Source of the DNA: Candidatus Saccharimonadia bacterium
GTDB lineage: Bacteria; Patescibacteriota; Saccharimonadia; UBA4664; JBBRNT01
Reading direction: 5' to 3'
Length of the DNA: 64,000 nucleotides
Assembly: GCA_038230095.1 (NCBI GenBank)
Contig: JBBRNT010000002.1
Location: 101,341-165,340 of the forward strand
A model generated the notes under the pieces. The model worked only from the letters and a program-made list of their open reading frames with translations. It did no database searches and was not told where the DNA came from. Every line of letters begins with the position of its first letter. Position 1 is the first letter of the stretch. Shown in pieces: positions 45,595 to 55,219 of this stretch. The position numbers and the translations under genes were made by a program.

Positions 45595-46968
45595 GTGATG
45601 TTACGCAAAATATTTTCCATTCTGACCACCCTCGGCGCCATTCTATTTGTGGTAGGCGCAACAATCCTACTTGTGGCGTTTGGCCGGGGCTATAGCTATG
45701 ATTTCAAGAACCATCGGGCCACTCTCAATGGTCTCGTCATAATGAACTCCACGCCAAGTGCCGCCAATGTTATCCTCAATGGCAAAGACATTAAGCGCCG
45801 TACGCCCTACCGGGCCACACTGGAGGCTGGCGACTATAGCTTTGAGGTGAAGAAGGACGGCTACCGTACCTGGAGCAAGCAGCTCAAGGCAGAGGCTTCG
45901 GAGGTAGTGTGGGTACAGTACATTTGGCTGCTCCCAGAAGTACTCAAGGATACTACTGTCACCTCCTTGTCCGGTGTGGCGCAGGCCGTACCCAGCAATG
46001 ACCACCGTCACCTGGCGATGATGACTACCGGCGTAGATGCGGCAGTGTTGCTGTATGACAACGCTAACAAAACTACAACCAAGCTCTATCAGCCCCTGGC
46101 TGCTACGACTGAGCAGCCTGCAGAGGCTCTTACTAGCCTGAGCTGGGCTGACGACAATGCTCACCTTCTACTGCGCAGCAAGATAGGTGTGAAGGTAGTG
46201 GTTCAGATCCTAGCAACTGGCCAGGCACCATCCAACCTGACGGACACGTTTAAGTACGATTTTGCGACGCTCAGCTTTGCGCCAGGAAACTGGCACGAAC
46301 TGTTCTGGCAGTCACCCGAGGGGCTGCGGAAGCTGGACGTCGGGGCACAGACGGTATCGGCAGTTCTAGCAGACAATGTACTGAGCTTCGCCCTTACAGG
46401 CAATCGGGTACTGTACGTTCAGACGACAAAGCTGGGCCGCTCGCTCTACAGTATGGATATGAACGGCCATGACAAGAAGGAGCTAGTGCAGTCGCTAGCG
46501 GAAAGTGAAAGCTATCAGATTGTCGAGGCGAACTACCGCGGGGCAGATCTGCTGGCTGTACTGCCGACCAAGGCCCGTACGCTGACACTCTACTCCAATC
46601 CAGATTCGGATAATCCAACTAGTCGGGTGGTCACCAAGGATGCCGACTACATGAGCTTTAATGGGGATGGGCGCTTTCTTAACTTTGGTTCTGTTGCCGC
46701 CTCTGGTACCTATGATTCCGAGAAGACCACCACTTACAACCTAGGCGGTGGGTTGACGGGTATGACATGGTTTGATAATTACCATATTCTGGGCGTGCGC
46801 GAGGGCCGGGCGCACTTCTTGGAGTTTGATGGTGCCAATGACCAGGCTATTGGGAGCGCCGTAGCTACGCTACCAGTCCTAGCGACGAGTGACCAACATA
46901 GCTTCCTACGATTCGCTGCGGGTAGCGACGCCAAACTAGACCTTATCTCGACCGATACTCACAAGTAG
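45595..46968 (+). CDS. Membrane-anchored PEGA-domain protein with a large extracellular beta-rich C-terminus
   Basis: It has an N-terminal transmembrane segment and a PEGA-like segment (ANVILNGKDIKRRTPYRATLEAGDYSFEVKKDGY). Confidence 0.5.
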   Translation: MMLRKIFSILTTLGAILFVVGATILLVAFGRGYSYDFKNHRATLNGLVIMNSTPSAANVILNGKDIKRRTPYRATLEAGDYSFEVKKDGYRTWSKQLKAEASEVVWVQYIWLLPEVLKDTTVTSLSGVAQAVPSNDHRHLAMMTTGVDAAVLLYDNANKTTTKLYQPLAATTEQPAEALTSLSWADDNAHLLLRSKIGVKVVVQILATGQAPSNLTDTFKYDFATLSFAPGNWHELFWQSPEGLRKLDVGAQTVSAVLADNVLSFALTGNRVLYVQTTKLGRSLYSMDMNGHDKKELVQSLAESESYQIVEANYRGADLLAVLPTKARTLTLYSNPDSDNPTSRVVTKDADYMSFNGDGRFLNFGSVAASGTYDSEKTTTYNLGGGLTGMTWFDNYHILGVREGRAHFLEFDGANDQAIGSAVATLPVLATSDQHSFLRFAAGSDAKLDLISTDTHK

Positions 46969-47220
46969 CCTGCCCTCCACTCCTGTAGCTTCGACTATCA
47001 GGGCATGTCCTCTCGCTCTATCCTGGGATACGCTTACTTTTCTCCTCGTGCCTTTGGCCAGGCAAAAGGTGCCAGAATGTACCTCGCACAGGCGTCCGCG
47101 AGGCCGTGGGAATAATCCAAGTAAGCTGACTGTTCTCGATCAATCTGGGACACCCTAGGTAGTTACTCTCCTGCTGCCTGAGCCAGTACACGGACAGAAG
47201 ACTAAGAACCTAGAATAGGC

Positions 47221-48480
47221 TTACTTCTTGCCAATCAGTGAGTTCCAGAAGCTGGTAATCTGGTCAAAGAAGCTCGGCGCATTGCCCGGGAGGATTGCTT
47301 TTGCCGTAGCAGTTGGCTTGGGGGCTGTTACTTCCGTTGAGCCAGGCACTGGGCTAATCTGCTTGGCCTGCACAACCAGCCGCTTCCAGCTTGTTCCGGG
47401 TGGCGTACAGGTAATGATAGTCATACTTGGGTCTGTGGTGGGGTTGAGCACACTGAGATCGGTGGGCTCAACTACCTTCACTATGGTGACCTGGTAGACA
47501 TACTTCTTTTGATCGTAATTTACACTAAAGGTGTCGCCTACCACGAGCTTGTCGAGCAAGACAAAGACAAACTTATAATTACCGGGCTCCCACCAGTCGT
47601 TGGAGGAATGACCAAAGATAACACTATTGCCCGGCTGACCTGGGGATGCAGTATTGGCATAGTGCACAACGCCCTTTTCCAGATCTTTCTGAAACAACGC
47701 TTCTTCGTTGCTGGTAGCAAAGATAATGGGTGCTGAGACATTAATCTTAGGAATATTCAGTACTGAGCCGGCCGGTACAGCCTCTACCGCGGCCGCGGGT
47801 GCCGCGGTAGTGATAGGATCGGACTTCTTTGAGGTAAGATAGGTGATCTGGCTAAAAATGACCTGTGAGCGGAATAAGACCAAAAGTAGCAGGAAAGAGC
47901 CAACGGCGATAGCAATGGGCATAATACGCGAGGGTGTACTACTACCGCCCTTGCGGAATGCGGTGGCTTTGGGGGTAGTGGGTACCACGACTGGGCTTGC
48001 TAACACTGGCGGCGCTAGAGGCGTGGCGACAGCGCCAAGCTGTGGAAGTTCGAAAGCTGCAGTCGGTGCAGTGGTGGACGTTGCCGCTGCCTGTGGTGGG
48101 TTCGGCATGACTTGGGGCGTGGGTGCTGGGGGCAGCTGGCTGGTAGCTACAGACGGCGTGTGTAGAGGTTGCGGTAGGGGCGTCGGCAGCAGGGTGGGCA
48201 GTTGCACCTCTGATTGGTGTACCTGTTGGCTCACGCCAGGCATGATCACCGTACTGGCCGCGGGCTGGTACGGCGCGGCGGCGGGTGCAGCTGGGGTGTC
48301 ATGGGGCGTGGACACACTGCCCGGCTGGTGCAGTGCACTATCTGGTAGGCTAGCGATGAGCTTACGGGCGGCCTCGATGGCAGCATTTCCCTGCCCCGGC
48401 GTAGAGGGGTCAGCAGCTAGGTTGGCCCCTAGGGTGCTGTAAGGGGAGATGTCGATGGCGTCGGAGCTGTTCGGTAGCAT
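47221..48480 (-). CDS. Sortase-family transpeptidase with a Pro-rich N-terminal region (start moved to 48480 to avoid the tRNA-Leu overlap)
   Basis: It has the catalytic TLxTC-like motif MTIITCTPPGTS and His in NSVIFGHSS. Confidence 0.75.
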   Translation of the reverse strand: MLPNSSDAIDISPYSTLGANLAADPSTPGQGNAAIEAARKLIASLPDSALHQPGSVSTPHDTPAAPAAAPYQPAASTVIMPGVSQQVHQSEVQLPTLLPTPLPQPLHTPSVATSQLPPAPTPQVMPNPPQAAATSTTAPTAAFELPQLGAVATPLAPPVLASPVVVPTTPKATAFRKGGSSTPSRIMPIAIAVGSFLLLLVLFRSQVIFSQITYLTSKKSDPITTAAPAAAVEAVPAGSVLNIPKINVSAPIIFATSNEEALFQKDLEKGVVHYANTASPGQPGNSVIFGHSSNDWWEPGNYKFVFVLLDKLVVGDTFSVNYDQKKYVYQVTIVKVVEPTDLSVLNPTTDPSMTIITCTPPGTSWKRLVVQAKQISPVPGSTEVTAPKPTATAKAILPGNAPSFFDQITSFWNSLIGKK

Positions 48481-48599
48481 TGTGAAAACCTTCTTCGCTA
48501 TGATAATCTTACGGGAGCGCAAAGCCAAGCCTAACGGTTTTGCGAATGCTCTATTTTGCTTCAATATAGCGTGAAATGCAAGCCTTGTAGTCAATTGAT

Positions 48600-48686
48600 G
48601 CCGCTGTGGTGGAATTGGTAGACACGCGGGACTCAAAATCCCGTACTAGCAATAGTGTGTCGGTTCGACTCCGACCAGCGGTACCA
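48600..48686 (+). tRNA. tRNA-Leu (anticodon CAA), class II with a long variable arm, encoded CCA
   Basis: By manual cloverleaf folding: anticodon stem CGGGA/UCCCG with loop CUCAAAA, variable arm ACUA-GCAA-UAGU, and T-arm GUCGG-UUCGACU-CCGAC. Confidence 0.8.
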
Positions 48687-48700
48687 AGTGATTAGAAGCG

Positions 48701-49783
48701 TTAGTAGCCTGAATTAAGAGCCACGCCCACAGAAAAGGCTATGATAAAGGCAACAGCAATGATGGTAAGTAGGGCGATCAAGGCGCCCTGCTGGCCAGGC
48801 CGCTTAATGGTAGTGAGGCTAAGATTGGTTGGTGTTGCGACAATGGCCGAGTCATGGGCGAGGCGCGAGGCTAGTGGCGCAATCTTGGTAATAAGCTGCT
48901 TGGCGAGATTGAACAGGTGGGTGAGCTCACCAGTAGTGGAAACCAGGCCCGTACAGTAAATGTAGATACGATTGGCCGCAAACTCCACGGTGTAGTGTCT
49001 GGAGCCATCCTCCATGATAGCCATAGTATCTGGGCTAAATATTTGCAGCGCCTCTAGCTCATTGCCGGCGGGGGCGTAGAGCTCGAAGTATTGGTTGAAG
49101 TCCCCTTCAAGGGTTATCTTATTGGTCACGCTGAATGCCTGAGCTAGATCGAGCTCGGCCATAGACTGGTGCTTATTGGCCATGAGCAGGTTTGGGAGGC
49201 TACCGTGAAGATCTAGTTCTATCACCGTGTTGGCATAGCGCCGTTGGTCGCGTCCATGCTCAACCACAAGCTCATAAAGGAACAGACGGAGGTCGTTGCC
49301 ACCGTAGGTGCCAGAAACTACGTCGGAGACTTGTTGTACGCCGGGCAGCCGGAAGATAGTGCCGTAGGTTTCATCGACAGCGCCCGTCTGGGCAAATGTA
49401 TAGCCGTTGGCCGTAGCAAATTGCTGGAGAAAAGCATCCTCGAATTGTTTACGAAGGCGGTAGAACCAGGCGGACATGGCTAGCCATGGAGCAATGAGAA
49501 TGTAGGCCAGCCCCTTGCCACCTGATGAGCTATGGCTTGAGTCCTGGAAGTAGGCCAGCATAATGACGACTACTACGACTTCCCAGATGATAACTACTGG
49601 TGCTAGCAGGATGATCTGCCGGAGCTTATGCGTCTTAATGTACTGCCACAAGCTACGGTTAACATCATCAATTTGGATGTCCAGGCTATCTGGGCTGGCA
49701 CCACTGGCTGGTGGCGGCGGGGCTATGGGTGCCGGCGGTAGGCTCACTGGGGAAGCTGGTGGAGTGGGGCTGATGGGTGGCAT
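48701..49783 (-). CDS. Hypothetical membrane protein (Pro-rich N-terminus, N- and C-terminal transmembrane segments)
   Basis: It is an ORF with hydrophobic segments and no family I can recognise. Confidence 0.4.
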   Translation of the reverse strand: MPPISPTPPASPVSLPPAPIAPPPPASGASPDSLDIQIDDVNRSLWQYIKTHKLRQIILLAPVVIIWEVVVVVIMLAYFQDSSHSSSGGKGLAYILIAPWLAMSAWFYRLRKQFEDAFLQQFATANGYTFAQTGAVDETYGTIFRLPGVQQVSDVVSGTYGGNDLRLFLYELVVEHGRDQRRYANTVIELDLHGSLPNLLMANKHQSMAELDLAQAFSVTNKITLEGDFNQYFELYAPAGNELEALQIFSPDTMAIMEDGSRHYTVEFAANRIYIYCTGLVSTTGELTHLFNLAKQLITKIAPLASRLAHDSAIVATPTNLSLTTIKRPGQQGALIALLTIIAVAFIIAFSVGVALNSGY

Positions 49784-49831
49784 GGTGGTGTCGCTTATAC
49801 ACCAACTCTAGCATAAGCAGTGAGCCGTAGC

Positions 49832-50722
49832 CTAGAAGCTTTCATCGTCGATGGTACGGAGCGCGCGGGCGATGGCCATCTCGAAATTAGTGGTCACATG
49901 GGCCTCACTGTCCTCGGCTAGATACTGCATGGCCATGGCCGCTAGGTAGCAGGCTGAAACCATTGCTTCCTGGCGCTTTCCGGGGTTCTGGGTAAGAAGT
50001 GAAGCCACTACACCAGCAAAGCCCGGGGTGAGATCGCTGGCATTGCCGGTAATAGTGGTGACGGTAGTCTCCCCCGCCTCCACACAGATAAGCTCTGGGC
50101 CAGTCACCACCAGGCTTCCAAGCCCAGCGGCGGCTACGTCCGAGACAATCTGGACCTTGTTGCGGAGGCCGCCGTCGGCGGTAATCTGGATGCCCACACC
50201 GAGCTTACCCGCTAGCTTGAACAGCTCCGGCATAGTGCACACCACAGTTGTGAGCGGTCGTTCGCTCATGGCCCGTACGCTGGAGCCGAGGCCTACTAAT
50301 CCATCTCCGGTAATTACCATGGGTAGCTCCGATTTCTGCAGTAGCGACTCAAGAAGCAGCGTTGTCTCGCTGTTGTGGCCGGCAGAGGGGCCAATAAGCG
50401 CGGTATCGTAGCTCGCTAAGAGCCCCAGTAGTTCCCCGAGCGATATCTTGGCCAGCACCCCACCATGGCCACTGGCTACAAACTCCCCGGTGCCTGAGGG
50501 CCCTACCAGTCGTACCAAACTGTCTGGGAGTGCAACGCGGCACTCTCCAATGCCCGCAGCGGTGGCTAGTGCGTACGCAGCCTGGATCTCCCCTACGTAG
50601 TCACGCCGCCCACCAATGATTAGTAGCCGACCGGCGCCGTGTCGGCTGATTGGGCGATTATAGAGCAGTTTGGGGAAACGTGGCTCCCCGACCTGTTGTT
50701 TGGTATAGGAAATTGGTTGCAT
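49832..50722 (-). CDS. YjeF-C-like carbohydrate-kinase-fold protein (possible NAD(P)H-hydrate dehydratase)
   Basis: It has Gly-rich segments LLIIGGRRDYVGEIQAAYALATAAGIG...TGDGLVGLG, resembling the YjeF C-terminal domain. Confidence 0.45.
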   Translation of the reverse strand: MQPISYTKQQVGEPRFPKLLYNRPISRHGAGRLLIIGGRRDYVGEIQAAYALATAAGIGECRVALPDSLVRLVGPSGTGEFVASGHGGVLAKISLGELLGLLASYDTALIGPSAGHNSETTLLLESLLQKSELPMVITGDGLVGLGSSVRAMSERPLTTVVCTMPELFKLAGKLGVGIQITADGGLRNKVQIVSDVAAAGLGSLVVTGPELICVEAGETTVTTITGNASDLTPGFAGVVASLLTQNPGKRQEAMVSACYLAAMAMQYLAEDSEAHVTTNFEMAIARALRTIDDESF

Positions 50723-50823
50723 TTAGCCGTTAGTGTAGCGGTTTTTGCGCTTCCTGGCCACTCCTGGGCTTGACCGCACCGGGCCTACACCAGTAGTATT
50801 CGAGCATAACAGGATTATAAAAC

Positions 50824-51219
50824 GTGGACGAAAAAACCTTAGAAGCAATTCACCGATTGCTAACCGAAATGACCGAAACGCGCGGCAAACTAAAGGCTAT
50901 GAATCTGGATCTGAAAGACGTCATGGAGCAGAATGATGAGTACCGCAAGCTTCAGGATGAGCTCAAGGAATTGACGGTGAAGCGGGCTTCGGCTAAGAAG
51001 CTGCTCGAGGCTGATAAGGACTATCAAGTGATTGCTGGCGAGGTAGAAGAGCTGAAGTTTAAGCTGAAGGATCTATCCGAGATCCTTAGTCACCATCTGG
51101 TCACCTACTACAACGAGACCCATCAAACCGAGATTAAGGATAACGATGGCGAGGTACGCGCCGTTATTATCTCCGCAAAGATTGGTAAGCCAGAGGCTGG
51201 CATTCCGCCACAGGCGTAG
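50824..51219 (+). CDS. Hypothetical coiled-coil protein (131 aa)
   Basis: It is K/E-rich and followed by a hairpin terminator. Confidence 0.4.
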   Translation: MDEKTLEAIHRLLTEMTETRGKLKAMNLDLKDVMEQNDEYRKLQDELKELTVKRASAKKLLEADKDYQVIAGEVEELKFKLKDLSEILSHHLVTYYNETHQTEIKDNDGEVRAVIISAKIGKPEAGIPPQA

Positions 51220-51231
51220 GGTAATTTTTGT

Positions 51232-51410
51232 AAAAGGCCCCCTTGGGGGTCTTTTAGTTTCTGGTGAGAGCGACGAAGACATTCTTCATTCGTTGCACTC
51301 ATTTCAGCTATGCTCGCCTAGGCTAGCCCCCCCCGGTATCCTCGCTTTCATCCCTACTTTTGGCAAATGAGCAAAAGTAGACAAAACTCTTGTCTATAGC
51401 GAACTACTCG
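51232..51410 (+). repeat. Copy B of the roughly 180-bp conserved intergenic element (terminator, CATTTCAGCTATG, 9-bp hairpin 51354-51380, then CAAAACTCTTGTCTATAGCGAACTACTC)
   Basis: By my manual alignment it is about 80% identical to copy A at 35396-35570. Confidence 0.55.
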
Positions 51411-51461
51411 TCGAATCGGTACATAGAATTGGCGGGTGGCACAAGCTGGCGCAGCAAAAGA

Positions 51462-52175
51462 CTACTTGGGCGAGGTGGTTTGTTTTATCTTTTGACTGCT
51501 ATCTATATTGCAACCCGCCCATAGGCCCTTGTTCTGTACGCGAGCCGTAGTCTCGGCGGAGCGGAAATCGTCAATTTTGGTATATGGAAATACCACATAA
51601 GCAAAGCCATAGCCCTCTTGGATCAGCTTCAAATTATAGTTTGTACCGTCGAGTAGGACAATGTAGCGCAGCAATCGGCCGTACTTGTCTCGATCAGAGT
51701 CCTGGGGGTCGGCCTCGAGGCGAATGGTTTGGCCGGTGAGCTGGTCATGGGTGTAGGCGGCGGCGGCTACCCCAAAGCACTGTACCGGCTTACGTGGGTC
51801 GTGGGTCTCGGGAGTATCGACGCCAATAAACCGGACTCGCTCAATGGCTCCAGTGGAGGTACGAACGTCGATGGTATCGCCATCGATAGTACGGGCCACG
51901 GTGTAGAGCGCCGGGCTCGCCGGGATAGCCGTTTTGTCCATGAGTGCGGTATTGCTGTCGGTCTGGGGGTTGCTGTCAGGTGTGGCGGCCGGCTTCTGGG
52001 TGTGGGTGCTACCGAGGTTGGGTACCTTGGTGGTACGGACCACCACTATTCCCAGCCCAAGGGTGAGAGCCACCAGCCCGGCGATGGTAACGCGAACAGC
52101 TGGCCGCACGCGGCCAAGGGGTTGGTTGCCTTTTCTCGGTGTTTCTTCTTGCATGGGAGCATTATACCCGTACAA
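51462..52175 (-). CDS. Thermonuclease (SNase-like), membrane-anchored/secreted
   Basis: It has DGDTIDV...RFIGVDTPE...KYGRLLRY SNase motifs and an N-terminal transmembrane segment. Confidence 0.8.
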   Translation of the reverse strand: MYGYNAPMQEETPRKGNQPLGRVRPAVRVTIAGLVALTLGLGIVVVRTTKVPNLGSTHTQKPAATPDSNPQTDSNTALMDKTAIPASPALYTVARTIDGDTIDVRTSTGAIERVRFIGVDTPETHDPRKPVQCFGVAAAAYTHDQLTGQTIRLEADPQDSDRDKYGRLLRYIVLLDGTNYNLKLIQEGYGFAYVVFPYTKIDDFRSAETTARVQNKGLWAGCNIDSSQKIKQTTSPK

Positions 52176-52205
52176 ACGCCGTTATGCACCTGGTACTATG
52201 GTGGT

Positions 52206-53234
52206 ATGCGTGTTAGCGACTATGACTACAACCTGCCCGAGGACCGAATTGCCACTCGCCCACCGGCTGTCCGTGGTACCACCCGTCTGCTGGTGCTCGA
52301 CAAGACGGCGGGTAGTACAGAGGACCGGCACTATACGGACTTAATTGACTACCTGGGCGCGGGCGATGTGCTGGTGCTGAACGACACTCGTGTCATTCCG
52401 GCGCGTTTGGAGGTGTTCACTGCCGCGGGTGCCAAGCGAGAGATTCTAGTGCTAGAGAAACACCATGATACCAATACGCACGAGATGCGGGTTATGTATA
52501 GGGGGACGCTTAGGGCTGGTGATGTGCTAAAAGTACATGATCAGACCATTGCTGTCACAAGTGTGCTTGAGGGCGGCCTGGCCATGGTGCGGTCAGATAG
52601 TGATCTATACCAGTTAGCCACGAAGTACGGCCAGGTTCCCCTGCCGCCGTATATGCACCGTGAGGCCGACCAGTCGGACGCAGAACGTTACCAGACTATG
52701 TTCGCCCAGGAACAGGGCTCGGTGGCTGCACCGACCGCCTCACTGAACCTTACCCAGCAGCTTCTGCAACAGATTAAGGCCAAAGGGGTCATTATCCAGT
52801 ACCTGACACTGCACGTGGGGCTGGGGACATTTCTGCCGATTCGTTCGGACGAAGTGGAGGGCCACACTATGCACCAGGAGTACTTTGAGATTCCGGTTGA
52901 GACGGTGGCGGCGATCCGGCAGGCTCGGAAGACGGGAAAGAAAGTGACGGCCGTAGGGACTACTGTCACTCGCACGTTGGAGTATGCTGCTAGCCAGATT
53001 CTATCTCAGGACGGCCCCACACAGCTCGCCGGGGAGGCAGACATCTATATTTACCCAGGGTACCAATTCCAGATAATTGACCAGCTAGTGACGAACTTCC
53101 ATGCGCCACGCTCAACTGTACTCATGCTAACTGCGGCCTTTGCAGGCTGGGACTATCTGAAGCCAGCGTATGACCAGGCTATTGCTGGGCGGTATAGCAT
53201 GCTGTCGTATGGCGACAGCATGCTTATTCACTGA
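52206..53234 (+). CDS. queA: S-adenosylmethionine:tRNA ribosyltransferase-isomerase
   Basis: It starts MRVSDYDYNLPEDRIATRPP. The ORF-track N-terminal extension from 51729 overlaps the nuclease gene and was trimmed. Confidence 0.9.
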   Translation: MRVSDYDYNLPEDRIATRPPAVRGTTRLLVLDKTAGSTEDRHYTDLIDYLGAGDVLVLNDTRVIPARLEVFTAAGAKREILVLEKHHDTNTHEMRVMYRGTLRAGDVLKVHDQTIAVTSVLEGGLAMVRSDSDLYQLATKYGQVPLPPYMHREADQSDAERYQTMFAQEQGSVAAPTASLNLTQQLLQQIKAKGVIIQYLTLHVGLGTFLPIRSDEVEGHTMHQEYFEIPVETVAAIRQARKTGKKVTAVGTTVTRTLEYAASQILSQDGPTQLAGEADIYIYPGYQFQIIDQLVTNFHAPRSTVLMLTAAFAGWDYLKPAYDQAIAGRYSMLSYGDSMLIH

Positions 53235-53343
53235 CGGCCATCCCGGCCGCTAATCTAGTATTTCCCACAAATTATTGCAGAACATAAGCATTAATGATAA
53301 TGGCTCTACGGAGCTATTATTCTAAAACATAACCAATAAATAC

Positions 53344-53372
53344 TTGACATTATAACGCTTATGGTGTAATAT
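53344..53372 (+). promoter_or_regulatory. Putative sigma70 promoter: TTGACA (53344-53349), 17-nt spacer, TAATAT (53367-53372), with TG immediately upstream
   Basis: The hexamers were read from the sequence, in the AT-rich region about 95 nt upstream of the Rpf-like gene. Confidence 0.45.
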
Positions 53373-53466
53373 ATGCGCTTATGCACGGAAACTGGTCATT
53401 TTGGTTATGTTTCCTGCCTATTATTTAAGAGAAAGGTTTGCATTCGGGCGGACTTCTTACCAATGA

Positions 53467-54081
53467 ATGCGTAACATCCCACAATTGCTTGCTACAGCCA
53501 TACTGCTAGTGAGCCAGGTGACCAACTCCTTTGCCATAGCCGTCACCGCGCAGTCGAGCGTAACAACGCTTCCTGCTGGCAACAATCAAACGAAAATTGT
53601 TCTCAATCTGGCAAGTCCAGATGCCCTGTCCACGACCTACATCAAACCAAATATTGAAACCGAAATGCTCACCCCTATCCATGAGTACCAGGCTGAGCAG
53701 GCTCGCCTGGCCGCTGAAGCGGCTGCCAAGGCAGCAGCTGCCGCCGCCGCTGCGAAAGCCGCCGCAATTGCCAAGGCCAAGCTTGCTCCTAAGCCAGCCG
53801 CCGCTCCCTTTACCGGCCAGTCGATCGGCCAAGCCCAGATCCAGTTCTTGGGTCTGTGCGAGTCTGGTATGACCTGGAACCGTAATAGCGGCAACGGCTT
53901 CTACGGTGCCTTCCAGTTCACTATCGGTACCTGGAACGCTATGCAGACTGGCTACGCGCGGGCCGATATGGCTCCGCTGGATGTCCAGGTAAGCGCTGTA
54001 CAGAAGCTGCTATCTCATAGCTCTATCTACAGCCAGTTCCCGGGCTGTGCCCGTCAGATGGCTGCCAAAGGCCTAATCTAG
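53467..54081 (+). CDS. Secreted protein with a C-terminal transglycosylase-like (Rpf-type) domain
   Basis: It has a signal peptide and an Ala/Lys-rich linker. CESGMTWNRNSGNGFYGAFQFTIGTWNA matches the Rpf/transglycosylase-like CESGG...GLxQF...TW motif. Confidence 0.7.
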   Translation: MRNIPQLLATAILLVSQVTNSFAIAVTAQSSVTTLPAGNNQTKIVLNLASPDALSTTYIKPNIETEMLTPIHEYQAEQARLAAEAAAKAAAAAAAAKAAAIAKAKLAPKPAAAPFTGQSIGQAQIQFLGLCESGMTWNRNSGNGFYGAFQFTIGTWNAMQTGYARADMAPLDVQVSAVQKLLSHSSIYSQFPGCARQMAAKGLI

Positions 54082-54104
54082 ACAGCACGTTCCTGATCTC
54101 CCTA

Positions 54105-54136
54105 AAATGACCCACGAAAGTGGGTCATTTTGGTTT
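54105..54136 (+). terminator. Intrinsic terminator (ATGACCCAC-GAAA-GTGGGTCAT plus TTTGGTTT)
   Basis: It is a 9-bp perfect stem with a GNRA loop and a T-rich tail. Confidence 0.65.
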
Positions 54137-54185
54137 ACCAGCCGAAAATTCAGCGTATTATAGGGATAAATAAGGGAGAATTGCC

Positions 54186-54455
54186 ATGTTTGGAGGATTA
54201 GTTGGAACCGCACTTTTGCTCGTAGTCTTGTACTGGGTTGTTCTCGGAGCGATTATTGGCTGGGTTGCAGGCAGTCTTATGCATAGCCACCGAGGCTTCC
54301 TGGGCAACGCTGTTATTGGTATCGTGGGGAGCATTATTGGTGGAATCATTGGCCGCCTACTGGGACTTGGCGGCGGCATTGTGGGCCTAATACTGGCCGT
54401 TGTAGGCGCTATGATCTTGATCGCACTGCTACGCGGTAGCGCCCACAGCCATTAG
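54186..54455 (+). CDS. GlsB/YeaQ/YmgE-family small membrane protein (transglycosylase-associated protein)
   Basis: It has G-rich transmembrane helices (GAIIGWVAGSLM...GIVGSIIGGIIGRLLG). Confidence 0.7.
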   Translation: MFGGLVGTALLLVVLYWVVLGAIIGWVAGSLMHSHRGFLGNAVIGIVGSIIGGIIGRLLGLGGGIVGLILAVVGAMILIALLRGSAHSH

Positions 54456-55201
54456 GCGTCTGGGTTCTCTGCCGCTAGACTTGCCTGCCGGTACTGGCAA
54501 TACTCACAATCGGCTGTATAGGGTGGTAGCTCGTCGCTCATGAGGGTCTTGTGAGCATTCACGACGGTCAGCTCCACCCAAGTGTCGTCGCCGGTGTAGG
54601 GCAGAAGACTCATCTTAAATTCTAGGGTGCCCTTGAAGGCGTCTAGGTCCGTACGACCATTGGCGTAGACGAAGAAGGCGGTATCGTTGACGGTAAAGCC
54701 ATTACCGCGCAGTAGGTACTGGTAGATCTCCATCTGGCGCTTATAGCCGTCCTTCCACTGGTCGTCTAGGCTGACCTCACCATCCTTACTGGTGGATTTG
54801 TAGTCCACCACAATGAGTTCTCCGTTGGGGAGCACCCAGAGGTCGTCGACAGCACCAAACAGCAGGAAATTAGTGGCTTGGTGTTGGTACTGCACACCGG
54901 TGAAGTTGTGGCGCCACTTGTCTAGATCGGCGTGCTGGAACGGTACCGCATCTAGGCCCGCCTGGGTCATGAAGGGGTGGGGCTTGCCAGCAGCGCGATA
55001 GGTATCAAACTCTTTCTTGAGTAGGGTGTCTACCGCACTATTTAGGGTATAGCCTGGTATGCTAGGCTGCCCGACGCCCAGCCGCCGGTCTAGATAGAAG
55101 CAGCGGGCGCAGCGGGTGAAGTTCTCCAGCTTGGACCGGCTTAGCTTGAAGGGCTGGGTGGACTGGGGATCAAATATGTTGCTTTGTCGCGTAATAGCCA
55201 T
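54452..55201 (-). CDS. PD-(D/E)XK nuclease superfamily protein with four Cys (Cas4/RecB-nuclease-like, probable Fe-S cluster)
   Basis: It has N-terminal CARC, a catalytic-type VVDYKS (D-x-K), a QxxxY motif (QMEIYQYLL) and C-terminal CEYCQY. Confidence 0.55.
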   Translation of the reverse strand: MAITRQSNIFDPQSTQPFKLSRSKLENFTRCARCFYLDRRLGVGQPSIPGYTLNSAVDTLLKKEFDTYRAAGKPHPFMTQAGLDAVPFQHADLDKWRHNFTGVQYQHQATNFLLFGAVDDLWVLPNGELIVVDYKSTSKDGEVSLDDQWKDGYKRQMEIYQYLLRGNGFTVNDTAFFVYANGRTDLDAFKGTLEFKMSLLPYTGDDTWVELTVVNAHKTLMSDELPPYTADCEYCQYRQASLAAENPDA

Positions 55202-55219
55202 TGGGGCTAGTTTAGCAGA

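Noticed and set aside
51729-52205. N-terminal 159-aa extension of the queA ORF
   Set aside because: It overlaps the thermonuclease gene on the opposite strand. The canonical QueA N-terminus MRVSDYDYNLPEDRIATRPP starts at 52206.
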